DNA of 64,000 bases from assembly GCF_036321535.1 (NCBI RefSeq), contig NC_087437.1, forward strand, positions 33,916,001 through 33,980,000, given 5' to 3'. The notes beneath the pieces are model-generated. The model saw only the letters and a list, made by a program, of their open reading frames with translations, was not told the origin of the DNA and did no database searches. This DNA comes from Camelus dromedarius (Eukaryota). Below are positions 47,780 to 60,314 of this stretch, one piece after another. Made by a program: the position numbers and the translations under genes. Position 1 is the first letter of the stretch. Each line of letters starts with the position of its first letter.

Positions 47780-50200
47780 CAGCACACGTCATCCGGGCTC
47801 CCAAATGGGCTTGTGTATGTGCGCGTGGGGGTGGGGGGAGGTCCTTCAAGGGGTCACTCGGGGACTTCCGCGTGGGTTGGGAGAAACCGGGCCTGCGCTT
47901 TGGGGCGCCGGGAGGTTTGGGGTGGAGGGTAATGAGCCCCTCAGAGAGGGCTTGAGGCGCGCCCAGGATATATGAGTGTGTCTGAGAGGTTAAATTCACC
48001 ACCCTCCCCAGGGCGCCGCCCCTGCTAAGTGGCCGGGTCTGCGCCCCTAGAGCCCCGAGTCCCCTTCCCTCGTGCCTTTTCCCAGCCTCTCCAACCCCAT
48101 CCCCGCCCGGTCTCCCGCCCCAGTCTGCTGCCGAGAAAGCCGGGAGAGCGGACTGCGCCGCGCCCGGCAGCCTCTGGGCATGCTCGGTGGCGGGACCGGC
48201 TCCGTGCCGGGAGGGCGCGTCCTCCCTCCCCCAGGGCGGCGGCGGCGCCCGCAGCGACTGCCGCCGGGCCCGGACCCGGCACACCTTTAGGGGCGGCGGG
48301 GGCCACCCTGCCCGGCGGGAGCCGAGAACGCCCCCCACCCCGAGCCTTCCGGCGAGCCGAGGAGGGGCCGGCCCGGCAGGCGCGGAGGCGGGAGTGAGAC
48401 CTCTGAGCTGCCTGCGGTTCCTTAGAAAGTAAAGCTCAGCTCGCGCGAGGAGCCGGGCTCCCCGCCGCCGGCGGGGGCGGGGCGGGGCCGGGTGGGGGTG
48501 GTCTCGGCGCCCCGCGCGAGGTGCGAATTTAGTAGCCGCCCACCCTCTTCTCGGTCCCCGCCCCCAAGGAATTATAATTCTCTGGGAAAGTGTCTGGTTC
48601 TCGGAGAATCCCTGGGGCGGGGTGCAGGGGCGCGCCCGGCGCAAAATGGTTAAAACAAAGTCCATGCGCGCCCTGAGGTCCCTCTTATGGAAAGTGTGCG
48701 CGCCGGTGGCTGGGCACCCCCTTTGCTGATTTGAGGGTTAGTTGCTCTGAGGAAGTCTGGTTGTGGCAGGGGAGGGAGTGGGATGAGAGAAGCCTCAGGC
48801 TGGTGCCGTCTTCCAACCCCCGGCCTCCTTGAGGGGCGCACCCCAGGCCGGGCGGGCGCAGGACACTGGGCCGGGGCATTCGCGGCGGGCGGCAGGAGCA
48901 AGCTCGGCCCGGCGACTCACTCTCTTTGCCTCCTCCCCCCAGGATTACCGAGAGGATGGGATGGATCTAGGCAGTGACGCCGGCAGCAGCAGCAGCAGCC
49001 GCGCCAGTTCGCAGTCCAACTCCACCAAAGTGACCCCTTGCTCCGAGTGCAAATCCTCGTCGTCGCCGGGGGGCAGCCTGGACTTGGTGTCTGCCCTGGA
49101 GGACTATGAGGAGCCCTTCCCGGTCTACCAGAAGAAGGTGATTGATGAGTGGGCGCCGGAGGAGGACGGGGAGGAGGAAGAGGAGGAGGACGAGCGCGAC
49201 GAGCGAGGGTACCGCGATGACCGCTGTCCGGCCCGAGAGCCGGGGGACGTGAGCGCCAGGACCCGAAGCGGCGGCGGCGGGGGCAGGGGCGCCACCACCG
49301 CCATGCCGCCCCCTGTGCCCAACGGCAACCTCCACCCGCACGACCCCCAGGACCTCAGGCACAATGGCAACGTGGTGGTGGCCGGCCGACCGAGCGGTTC
49401 TCGGGGTCTCCGCCGGGCGGTCCAGAAGCCCCAGCCGGCGGGGGGCCGGCGCGGCGGTCGGGGCCCGGCCGCTGGAGGCCTCTGCCTTCAGCCCACGGAC
49501 AGCGGGACTTGCGTCCCAGAGGAGCCCCCAGTGCCCCCTATGGACTGGGAGGCGCTGGAGAAGCATCTGGCTGGACTGCAGTTCCGGGAGCAGGAGGTGC
49601 GGAACCAGGGCCAGACGAGGACCAACTCCACCTCCGTAAGTTGGCCGGGGTGCGTGCCCACGCGCGCACACACGTACACACCCCGCGCACCGCCCGCACG
49701 CGCCCTCCCCGCGCTCCCGCGCGCCTGCGGCCCCATTCATCCTGCCCCGAGGGTGGGGGTCGGGCCGGAGAGCCTGCCTTCTGCTCCCCTGGGGTACGGT
49801 TGCTCAGTCTCGGAGCTGTCTGGGTTTGCAGGATGGGCGGAGAGGAGGGAGGGGCAGCCAGAGGGCAGCGGAAAGTCAGGTTAGTGGAACCGGCGACTCA
49901 TTTTAATGGAATTACTTATGGAGACGAGGTTGTGAGTCACTTGCCTGAAAATAAATGCGGGGAGATTTTGGCACTGAAGCCGGTGCCCTGCGGGTGATAA
50001 TTCAAGTCGTAATAGTTGTGGCTTTGTCAACCGTGGTGGGTCTCACTTCGTTGCCACTGATGTCGCTCCCATATATAGGCTGTCCCTGCGCAAAAGCAAG
50101 CATTCGCCTGCCCACACCTCCGCACCGGCAGCGGCGTTTGTTCCCTCCCGCATTTAAGCGGGTGCTCCTGAATTTTAATGGCTTGACCGCCCTCCTCGGA
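47780..50200. promoter_or_regulatory. CpG island / probable internal promoter overlapping the SCHIP1 exon
   Basis: Abrupt rise in GC and CpG density against CpG-depleted flanks. Tandem GC boxes (GGGGCGGGG) at ~48474-48487. Boundaries judged by eye. Confidence 0.85.
48943..49635 (+). CDS. SCHIP1: Internal coding exon of schwannomin-interacting protein 1 (shared by SCHIP1 and IQCJ-SCHIP1), 231 codons, phase 0-0
   Basis: Translation [37 protein letters not shown]...[33 protein letters not shown] matches the recalled human SCHIP1 N-terminal region. Acceptor tctctttgcctcctccccccAG (AG 48941-48942) with branch-like CTCAC (48916-48920). Donor TCC|GTAAGT at 49636. Length 693 is divisible by 3. Confidence 0.97.
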
Positions 50201-51673
50201 GACTTTTTTCCTTTCTGAATCCCGACCCATTGTTGACCTGAGGGAACGGGGTGAATTGACCTGCTAGGATGAAGGAGTGGCTCTTTCCTCTGTCGCCTGA
50301 CTCACTCCCTCTCCTGTGAATCCCTCCTTATTTTGATAAGGAGCCACTTGCAGTTCCTTACCGGAGGCTTCTGCCTCAGTTCAGGAAACCCACAGAGGGA
50401 AGGGTGCCAGAGTGGAAAAGAGAGCGGGAAGGAAAGGGGGCTACATCTGTAGTAAGAAGCTCTGGCTGGTTCACACTTGTCTCAACATGTTTTTAGCCCC
50501 TGAGAGGACAGCAAATAAATTAGTTCAAAAAAAGCATCAGGATTGTAGCCCCCCTATTTATCACTGTTTTAAGATAAAACAACAGTTGTAGTTTGAAATC
50601 ATTAATGATATTCCTAAATGGGGCTGAAGGGCACACAGTTTAAATGAGCTGCTTTCTGTGTGTGGCAGCTGTGTGGCAGTGTGGGCGAATGCTAGCTTGC
50701 ACGTGTAATTTTTCGGCTCCAGGGCCCTAGGGCTACTGGAAATTGGGTGCGTGCACTTCTGACTTCAGGGGTAAGGACAGTAACTGCGTTTCACAGAGAA
50801 ATTGGCATGGTTTCTATCAGAGAGAGTCCTTGGCTGACAGAGCCCACTGGTTGGTGTCCCTTGAGAAACTACCTATGAAATTAACACACTCGTTTTAATC
50901 CCAGCTGTTTACTATGGCCACTAGCAGACTCGGAATCTTTCCATTACAGCCAATACTCTCTCCTGTACCTAGCAATTCAAAACAGCCTTTTCCCTCTTAG
51001 TGCTGAGAAAAATACCCGATTAGGCTCCCTGGACTTAAACAGTGACTTGAAAATCAACGAATTTCATTTACTACAGCCTGACATTTATACATTCCAGGAA
51101 AATGTAATGATTGGGTATCAAAGTTAGGGTTTAATGATGACAATGAGCCCCATTATTCAAAAGTTATTAAATGAAATGTTCTTGAGGACCCATGTGTTAT
51201 GTGCGAAATTCGAGGTACGATTCTCAGCTCTGCAGTTACACATCTGTCCAGTTGGGCCTCAAATTATTGTGAGGGAGGTAGGGATACAGACTGACTCCTC
51301 TCTAGGAACTTACAATTTAATGGCTTACCTAACCGACCTGCCTCCCCCAACACACACACCCCTCTTCTTTCTTGTTACTGTGAGAACCGAATCTTTCCTT
51401 CCTGGGCAATTTTTGAAATCTGCGGTGTCTCCTCACCAGGTGAACCATTTGCACATGTGGGTTCCTCCCCACTCCTTCTCCAGTTCTCCCGAAAGTATCC
51501 CCTCTGGGCATTTCCATTGCAAGCCACAAAAATTTGGGTTCCATTGATTTAAAGCAAGTATGTGTGCAGAAAAAAATGGGAGGGGGAGGTGGCCTTTGAG
51601 GCTATTTAATATTGAATCTTTCCATATTTTGGTTTGTAGTCAAACAAAATTACTAGCAGATATTGATTTCAAA

Positions 51674-51884
51674 TAGTGTTTTTCAAACTGTAAGTCCCCT
51701 GTGAAATCACTTTAACACTTTTTAAAAAATGAAATAAAAGAAAATGTACTACAGTACGTTGCAGGTAGTCACAGTAAGATTGGTTCTTTACGAAGTTTTG
51801 TTTCAGTTTTATGTAGATACTGGGTCACAGTTTAAGATTTATTTCTCTCTGTGGACCACTGTCATAAAAGTTTGGAAAGCACTG
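51674..51884. mobile_element. hAT-Charlie-type MITE
   Basis: TIRs TAGTGTTTTTCAAACT / AGTTTGGAAAGCACTG. Confidence 0.7.
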
Positions 51885-52179
51885 ATTAAATCCTGTTTAC
51901 TCCTGCCTGGAATAAGTGGGAAAATTTATAACCATGAGGACCTTGGTGGAATTGATGTAGAAGAGGAAGCCTGCCTTAAAGGAGTTGCTCAAATCACATA
52001 ATATTTTTGCTCCTCCTTAAAGAGCTGTGTGTAAAAAGTTTAAATGAAATTAGTATGTACTACTGGGAGGAGGCATATAAAATGAAAAACAGAGGTACAT
52101 CTCTTTTACTTATGAGGAAAACCAAGTAAGCGATTCCCATCTAATGACTTGCCCACGCCGTTACCTCTGTGTGCAATCC

Positions 52180-52485
52180 GGTGGCTACTTCCTCCTCATT
52201 GGTCCAGACTGTACCCAACTCACCTGCTCAGAGACGCTGTCCCTGACCACCCTCCCTAATGTAGAGTAGGGTGCTCCACCCCCGAACCAGGCACTCCTCA
52301 TATATTTTCTTAGTGCTTATCACTGCCTGACATTATCTTGTTCAGTTTGCCTTCATTTTTGGTCTCTCTAGAATCGAACTGGAGTGCAGGGGTCTTTCCT
52401 GCGTCTTTTAATTGCTGTAATTTAGTGCCTGAGATGGTGCCTGGGGAGTAGTCAGTTCTCAAATATTGAATGAATGAATGAATGT
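52180..52485 (+). mobile_element. L2a 3' end
   Basis: TCCCTGACCACCCT...GTGCCTGGGGAGTAGTCAGTTCTCAAATATTGAATGAATGAATGAATG. Confidence 0.75.
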
Positions 52486-53961
52486 TTATAAGACTCAAAC
52501 AGCCCAAACCTAAGGCAACCCCCTTATTGTACAGTTGAGAAAATTGACACCCAGAGAGGTGAAGTGATTTACCAAAGATCCCAGTAAGAAAACTATGAAA
52601 GGGGTCTTGTTCTTTCTTCTGATGCCAGGCAAGCTTTTTCCCTTTTAATGCTTAAAATCAGTTGACATAAAAGGAAAGGAAAGAGCTCCCACCTTCCTAA
52701 AATAATTTAAAGTGTTTCCTAATGATAGGTCCCCTCTTGTACTGCCTTAGTGTTACCGACAGAAGTAAACTAGGAAACAATCAAAATCCCATGACTTTAT
52801 GAGTCTCTTCTCACAGACAGGGCTTGGTTTGAATGGAATAACGTTGATTGTGCCCAGCAAAGCAGTGACAGAATTCAGGCCTCCTCATCCCTGTCCAGTG
52901 CCCCTCCCTTCCTCTCGGCTGCAGCGATACCCTCAAAACAAGGACTGAGTTCTCAAAAAGGTATTGAAAATCAGCTGCCTCTAATCCAGGAAAGATTTAG
53001 AGGCAAATTTTAAAACACACATTTTAGGTGGGATTTAAAACCTAGGGTTGACCTTTACTTTGTGAAAAATTTAAGCAGCTAATCTCTCTGTTGGTGCAGC
53101 GGAGTGGGGTGAGCTTGGATGCTCCCGAGAACTGTCTGGTGTCAGAGCAGGAGGTTCCTGGGGAGTCTTGAAGGACTCTGGTGACCTGACTTCCTGCTCT
53201 CTCCTCAGAGCCTGCATCGCCTCGGGTGGCCAACCCCCTTCTGATGCCCCAACCCTTCACCTTGATGACAAAGCCTTGAGGGCAGCAAGGTCACTTTATT
53301 GCACTGCCTCATTCCCAGTAGCTCCACTGTGCCCGCACCAATGCCTGACTCTCATGGGGAGGGAAAGAGGTTCCACCCAACAACCAGACCTCCTTCCAGA
53401 AGCTCCCCCTCCAGCTGGTCGGCCCCTGCTTATCTGGTGTCCCTGTGTTTCTCATGGTCCTTCCCCAGGCCTGCAACATCTCGGGTGTGTGAATGCCCCA
53501 GGTAAGCTCAAGGGCCACACACAGCCTCAGAGTCAGATTTAGAACCAAGGTGGCAAGTTAAATGAGCCCTGCCCCTGTATGTTCACAGTCATCCTTCAAA
53601 TCCTACTCTGCCAGAACTGGTGTGGACAGTCCCTTAGGGAAACCTGGAGCTTCTCTTCCTGTTTCCCTCTTCTGAGCACAGCCCCAACCAGTCAGCTTTC
53701 TCTTTCTCCTGCTTCTCCTGGGTTTTAGTTTGTCACAGTATCATTCTTCTGCCTCTCCATCACCAAATGCCCACTGCCTCAACGTACTCCTCTTCCTAAA
53801 TGGTCTATAGCTTCACCTCTCTTTCTCAGTGTTCTCTCCATGAGGTTTTCTTTCCTTCAGAGTCTGTGATCCTCTGTGTTTAGCCTATTCTGCCTCTGGA
53901 AACTAGCCCCCTTTTTTTCCTTTCTACTTCTCCCTCCTTTCGATCCTTAAAAAAGAAAAAA

Positions 53962-54545
53962 AGCTCCATTGAGGTAGAATTAATATACAGTTAACTGCGC
54001 ATTTAAAGTGTGCAAGCTGATGAGTTTTGACATTGTGTTCGCCTGTGAAACCATCGCCAAAGTCAAGATAATGAACCTGTCTCTCACCCCCTAAGTATCC
54101 TCGGGTCCCTTGTAATTCCTTCCATTCTGCCCTTTGGCCAGCACTGATCTTATTTCTATCACTGTAAGTTCCCTTGCATTTTCTAAAACTAATGTGAATA
54201 GAATCATGTATTATGTACTCATTTTTTGTCTGGCATCTTTCACTCAGCATATAATCATCTTGCGATTGATCTGTGTCAGTAGCTCATTTCTTCTTATTGC
54301 TGAGCAGAGTTCCATTTTATGGATATATTCTTTTCCTGGTTGATGGACTTTTGGGTTGTTTCTAGTTTTTGTCTCTTAAAAATAAAAATGCTATGAACAT
54401 TCACATACAAGTCTTTGCATGGACATATTCATTCATTTCTCTTGGGAAAAACACCTAAGAGTGGAATGGCTGGATCAAATGGGAGGTGTGTGTTTAACTG
54501 TTTAAGAAGTTGGCTGTTTTCCAAAGAAGCTGCACCGTTTGATGT
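53962..54545 (-). mobile_element. L1MB-like 3' end
   Basis: ATTGAGGTAGAATTAATATACAG...TTTAAAGTGTGCAAG...GCTATGAACATTCACATACAAGTCTTTG...GAGTGGAATGGCTGGATCA. Confidence 0.8.
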
Positions 54546-56510
54546 TAGCTTCCTCCCCCACCAATTGCTCTATTCCATCTGTGTCCTTGGGGACTTGCAG
54601 GACATCTCTCTTTCGGTGTCTGGGATGACTGCTCCTGTCTCTCTTAAAAGAAAACAATGAGAAAGTACTGGGATTACATCCTATATCCAACTGAAGTCAT
54701 TACACCCATTGTTCAAAAAAAGGAAAGAACTCATTTTTAAATTAGAGTTCTGGTTGTAGACCTGACACATTGTAATTGCAGTTTTATTATTTTTTACTGC
54801 CTGTGACAGGTGCGTTTTCCTTCTCTAATGAGAAGATAAGAATAATTTTAATTGACATGTTAATTGAAAGCAAACTCTCCTGATGAAGTTACTTCCTAAG
54901 TACTTGAAAATGATTTGTCTTTTTATTTGTTTGTACTATTTAACTAGTAACAAACTTTAAATTACCTACATTTCTTCCTAGAATGGTACTAATTACAGGT
55001 TATTTTGAATGTATTATTCTGTAAGAATTACAGCCCAGTTGTTCTTTCTCCATCAATGACACTACTAAAGTGGCTCGAATGCTGAGTAGTTTGTTTCCTT
55101 AGTTACTTGGGCTATGTTTAAATTGCATGAATTCCCATTTTTATAGACTGAATTAAGAAGGCTTTATTATTCCTGCAAACTCTAGTGAAGTTTGTAAGTT
55201 TAATAAGTTATGGGATTCATCAGCCGGAGACACAGCAGTGAAAACATTCTGTGTGGTTTGCACTTACCACTTATCCCAGTTAGAGCGCAATATGATAGTG
55301 TTAAAAATAATTTTTTTTAACCATAACCAGAAATCACCTGGGCTAAATGTATTCTGTGCCTCTACCTTTACCTTGAAATGTTTACTGCCATCATTGTCGG
55401 CTTTTTTAATTTATGTTGATTTCTGTTCAAGAGCTGCAAAGCCTGCTCTGTCCATTAGCATGTACTCAAGATTTTAAAGAAATATGGTTGTGTTTTCCAA
55501 AACATTAGGTTGCCACTAAACCACAGGTTCTGCGGCTGTGTGTGTGTGTGTGATTCAGCTACCATCAGATGGCTCATCCTACTGTGGAAGAGCCTTTTGA
55601 AAATGTAGTTGGATTAAAGGAAATCTCTGCCTACCAATTGTCTTACACATAAAGGTCCAATAGAACATCGTAAGGAAAATTGTCAAGGTGCAGATCTGAA
55701 AAATAGATGCACATATTCTCATCACACATTCGCCGAGCTGTTTGAACATCTCGCCACCGACATCACATCACCTTCCTCCATGCCTTTCAGGCTCAGCCTG
55801 CACTTTCAACTCCAGATCCTTTGCTTGGCATCCTTGGGACTTCATGCCCAGGAAGGCGCAGCACAAGCCGTTTGCTCTGCAGCAGGTCCGATGCTACTGT
55901 CCACCAAACTGCCCAGCACTCTCTTCCCCAAGGCCTGCTCTGATTCAGGGCTCCAGCTCTTTGGGAAGCTGGACCTGATCTGAGATCTCAGCTCTGAGCA
56001 ACCTCCCTTCCAAACTTCTTACTCCTCTTGTGTTCCACTTCCTCATCCTTAGGTTTTAAAAGGCTCCTCCCTAACAAGACTTAGAAAACATCTGTCAGTT
56101 TCTGGTTCCAGGCTCTCTCAGTGACATTGTCCAGTATCCTTGATTATCTTTTTGTGGCTACGTCTCTTACCTACCCAGCTATTTTAAATCTGTCCTCCCC
56201 CTCAAACACATACATTCTACAAGCTCAGGCATTTCCTGAGGAATAGACATTTGATGAATGCTTGTTATCTGGTCAGTTTAATGTATTTTGTACCACCTTT
56301 CTGTTTAGTTTTAAAATTTGCTCAAAGCTGCTGCACTATGAACTTTATTAGTGCTAATAATAGTAATTCCAAGTCTTTTCTTAAAAGCTTCTCTAAATTC
56401 TGTGATATCATATTTGCATTTTAAAATAGGAATTTGTTTTAACTACTGGACCTTTGCCCCTGAAAACATGAATGGTTATGTTTTCTCACTTTTGGAATTC
56501 AGTTCTAGGG

Positions 56511-56582
56511 TTTTTCTTTTGTTTTGTTTTGTTTTGTTTTGTTTTGTTTTGTTTTTGTGGTTTTGTTTGTTTGTTTGTTTTT
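56511..56582 (+). repeat. (TTTTG)n / (TTTG)n simple repeat
   Basis: Read directly. Confidence 0.9.
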
Positions 56583-58237
56583 AACAAAAAGGGACTTTGC
56601 AAATGCTTTATGTTCCTTGAGCTATTAGGACAGATAACCTTATACTGTCAGTGACTAGGAGATTATTTTGCACAGCTTTTGTAGAGCTGGCAAGTGTCAA
56701 TTATGAAATTGAGCATTTTTAATAAAAAAAAGTAATAGGATTTTCAAGACAGAAAGGATCTGAGAGGTCATCTCATCAAACTCTCACCATTTTCAAAGGA
56801 GGAAACAGGTTTGTGGAGATTAAACATCTTCACCCAACTTTCTCAGCCCAGGCCTGACCCAGCCTCAAGTCACCTGACCCACAATTCCCACTTTTAATGA
56901 ACTCTGTCCCCCTGCAGCTAATGCTACCTTCTTCCAAAAGAGTCTTTGCAAAGTTTAATTGGAGGACAGATCCAGCCTCATCATTTAAGAGCTTCAAGAC
57001 AGGAAGTAGATTCTAATTTTTATCCCTTCCTAGAAAAGTTTCATTTTACTGTGAAAAAGAGAAAAAATTCTCTTTTTCTTTTCTTAAGCCCATGGCATTA
57101 TGCAATTATAAAATTGCTTTGTTCCATTCAGACCTCTGCTTATCAATGTGTGTATCCCCACCAACAGAACAGGGCTCTCTCTGGGTTAACAAATTTTTTT
57201 CCCCTGTCATTTCTCCTTTCCCAGCTGTAAGCACTTTTTTTTCCCGGCCATGCACCCTCCTTTCCAGCACTGGGTGACACCCATCCTCTCCTCTCGCGGG
57301 GTCAGGGCTGACTGCGCTGGAGGGCTGTGCACGGAGCCACCCCAGCTCTAGGAGACAGAGGAGGGAGCAGCGAGGGCCCAGGCTCCCCACTCTGCACGTC
57401 ACTTCCATTCATAAATGTGTCCACTGACTCTTAGGCTGTGACGTGATGCCTGGGTTCAGAAAGACAGAGGAGAGATCTCTGTGTGGCTCACCCTACAGGT
57501 GGAAACAGATTTTGTTCTATCTAGAGTTTTCAGGGAATCATTTATGATAAGCCCCTAAAATGGGAAAATAACAAAACCAAGAAAAGACTAGAAAGAAAGG
57601 TATTTGTGGAGTCCAGGAGCAGCCCATAAAATCATCTCCACCAGGACATCTGGCTTCATTAGAATATGGATGAGAACTAGGAATGGAAAAATAGACGTCA
57701 GGGAAGGGAGATGTGTTTGGGATGTTATGTTCCTTCAAAGACGTTTCTGAGCTTCCCATTTCAGTCTGCAAACCTGAGTCAACCCTCATTCTTGTCAGGT
57801 CCGGGAGGGCTGTAAGAATCACTCTCCTTCTCTTACTAAGTCTCATCAAATCCAGACGAGCCCTCGTTGTTCCAGATGTTCTTGGCTTGTTTGTTTGCTT
57901 TGTTTTGGTTGGGTTGGGTTACCGTTCCACTTTTTTGGATAATTCTGCAATTTTCCTTACATACGTGTTAAATAACTGTGTCAGGCACGTTCTGTCATCA
58001 ATCTCTGTAACTTGCCTCGCTCTGTTTTTACTCATGCATATATTTAACCTAATTTTATTCCCTCCACTTGACCTATTTTTCAATATTTGTGTCATTTTAG
58101 ATGATTCCCATTTTTTCCATACTTTTGTAGTATTTTTTTTTCTATAAAGGGCATGTGATTCAGAAGGTGATGGTTTAGACTAGGAGGAGCCCAGGTGAGA
58201 GGAATGAACTTGACCAGTGCTTGTTCAGCCCCAGGTT

Positions 58238-58265
58238 GATGGTGGTTGTTGTTGTTGTTGTTGTT
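58238..58265 (+). repeat. (GGT)/(GTT)n trinucleotide repeat
   Basis: GATGGTGGTTGTTGTTGTTGTTGTTGTT. Confidence 0.85.
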
Positions 58266-60314
58266 TTTAAGTACTTGTAAAATATGTTCTAGTTACGTCT
58301 AACTGATGTGATGTTATACTTAAAGCAAAGCTTACTGGTAGTGAAAATGTTACCAATTTTCTTCGGTCTAGTTTTGTCTATCAGATTTCCTAATAATTGC
58401 CACATGTATTTGTACATTTTACTGAGACCCCTGCATCTCCATCCAAATATTTTGTATTTCTTTGTAATTGAATGACCTTTTTGATATGTCCATCATTAGC
58501 AATATCATGTTCATCTTTCTCTCTTTTTTCTTCCATTTCCCAGTCTTTCCCTAATATTTATGGTTTATGAAAGTGATTGTGAATCTTCCTGAGGATATTA
58601 GCATAGTAACCCCCCCCCAAAAGCTTCGATGTTTATGGATTGCAAGGAGCCATGTATTTGTCAGCAGCTGATTTCTGCAAATTCATCTATTCATGAGTTT
58701 TATTACCCATGTCTTAAAAGAGATGATTGAGCGTTCAAAACTCTTCTTTGTAGAAATAGATGTGTTAGTTATTCACAGAGTTTTTTGTTTTTTGGTTTTT
58801 TTTTAATGGTACAAAAAACTTCTATCAAGGAAGTGTGCGAGCTGGGCTTTTCCAGGTGATGCTCCGTTTGCCCAGGTGGATGGGGCTGGTTTTCAAGATG
58901 CTTGAGGAAGAGGAGAGAACACCACCTCTACAGCCTCACGGCCAGGCCTCTAGGAGACAGTTTTCTATCAGTGACTCCTGGACGAAAGCCAGGCAGGCCA
59001 ATATGTCATTGTCCCCGTGGCAGCACACACTCATTGCTTCGTCCTCTGAGATCCCCCTACCTTGATCTGCAGGCTGCCTCTGTTTCCCCTTTGACTCTTG
59101 CCTGTGCAGAGAACCAATTCAAAGCCCATAAGAAAGTAGCTCATCTATCACTGGACACCTCTGGTGGTCAGAGCCCCTGGCCAGGCTCCCTCATGGACCA
59201 CTTGGTGATGGAGAGCTGAGGCCAGGCAGCCACTCTCCCCAGCCAGCTTGCTGTGGCCTCATGTGGGGTGTGGATCACAAATAGGTTGTAGACTTGCCCC
59301 AAACCAAAGAGCAGGTAAGTCCTGGCACTAAATCACTGTAACTTGATTCTCTTTCCTTCTTGGTTTGCCATATATGGAAAGAACTCTGCTGTCTAAAAAA
59401 GTTTAAAGGGAATGAGGTAATTTCCTCATAATTCCTGAGATCTCCAGCAGCGTTGTAAATTTAGATTTGAGGTTAGAGCATTAAAAAAATAAATAAAAAC
59501 AGAAGAGCTGTTGTGTTACGAAAGGCTGGGGCATTTTTAATCTCGAATCCAGCAGCATAATATCTTGTACCCCCTTCCTCCACCCAAAGAAACAGTCGTG
59601 TTGAATTTCTCTCTAAAATCAAAAGAGTCTGGACCTCTGGGAACCTAGCACAGTATCTTCTTAGAAAACAACGTAAAGCCCAATCTTCACTCCTATAAAA
59701 ATAACATGTTTTCAAATAGTTTCAAAACCAACTTAGCCTCCTGTTTTTCTCCTCATGGCACCGGTAGCTAAAAATTATGTTACTTAGGAAAATTACAATT
59801 TTTTTCTTTGTGCAATCCTACATAATTTTGGTCCATTTTGACCTGGTCTGACATTTTATTATGGGCAGCATCTTAAGTACTCTGTCCTTTTTATTTCCAC
59901 TCTAAAATTGGTTCCGTAAGGAGTAAGAGAAGACCACTGGGATTTTATTTTTGAATGCTTAACATTATGTAACCAGTGATCTCCTGTTAGAGTTGTTTTC
60001 CAAACTACAGTGGCCCCACGGCCTGACCCAAATAGCCCTCAAAGTAAGATCTCCTTCTAGAAGAACAGCATTAGGCAGCAGTAATTTTTAATTTTTCTGA
60101 ATACCAGCTCTACTATGGTATGGCCATTTCATTACTGGATGTATTTTTCTTGTGTTTCATATGGAAACTCTCAACAAAGCAAATGTACAATGGTTGTACT
60201 TACACTGACACGTGAGTTAGACCACTTCAGAAATTCCTGTGCCCTGGAAGCCAAATTAAAACTCTCTTTCACTAGTAAATAATCACACTGAGAATGTGAA
60301 TATGGAAGGGATGC

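Noticed and set aside
47646..48665. 339-aa ATG-initiated minus-strand ORF in the CpG island
   Set aside because: Arg/Pro/Gly/Ala-rich with no recognisable domain. Long stop-free frames are expected at this GC content.
48829..48942. N-terminal part of the 351-aa ORF upstream of DYREDG
   Set aside because: Starts at TTG and runs through the branch point and polypyrimidine tract, so it is intronic sequence before the acceptor.
48967..49740. 257-aa ORF antisense to the SCHIP1 exon
   Set aside because: Shadow ORF of a GC-rich coding exon with no protein-like features.
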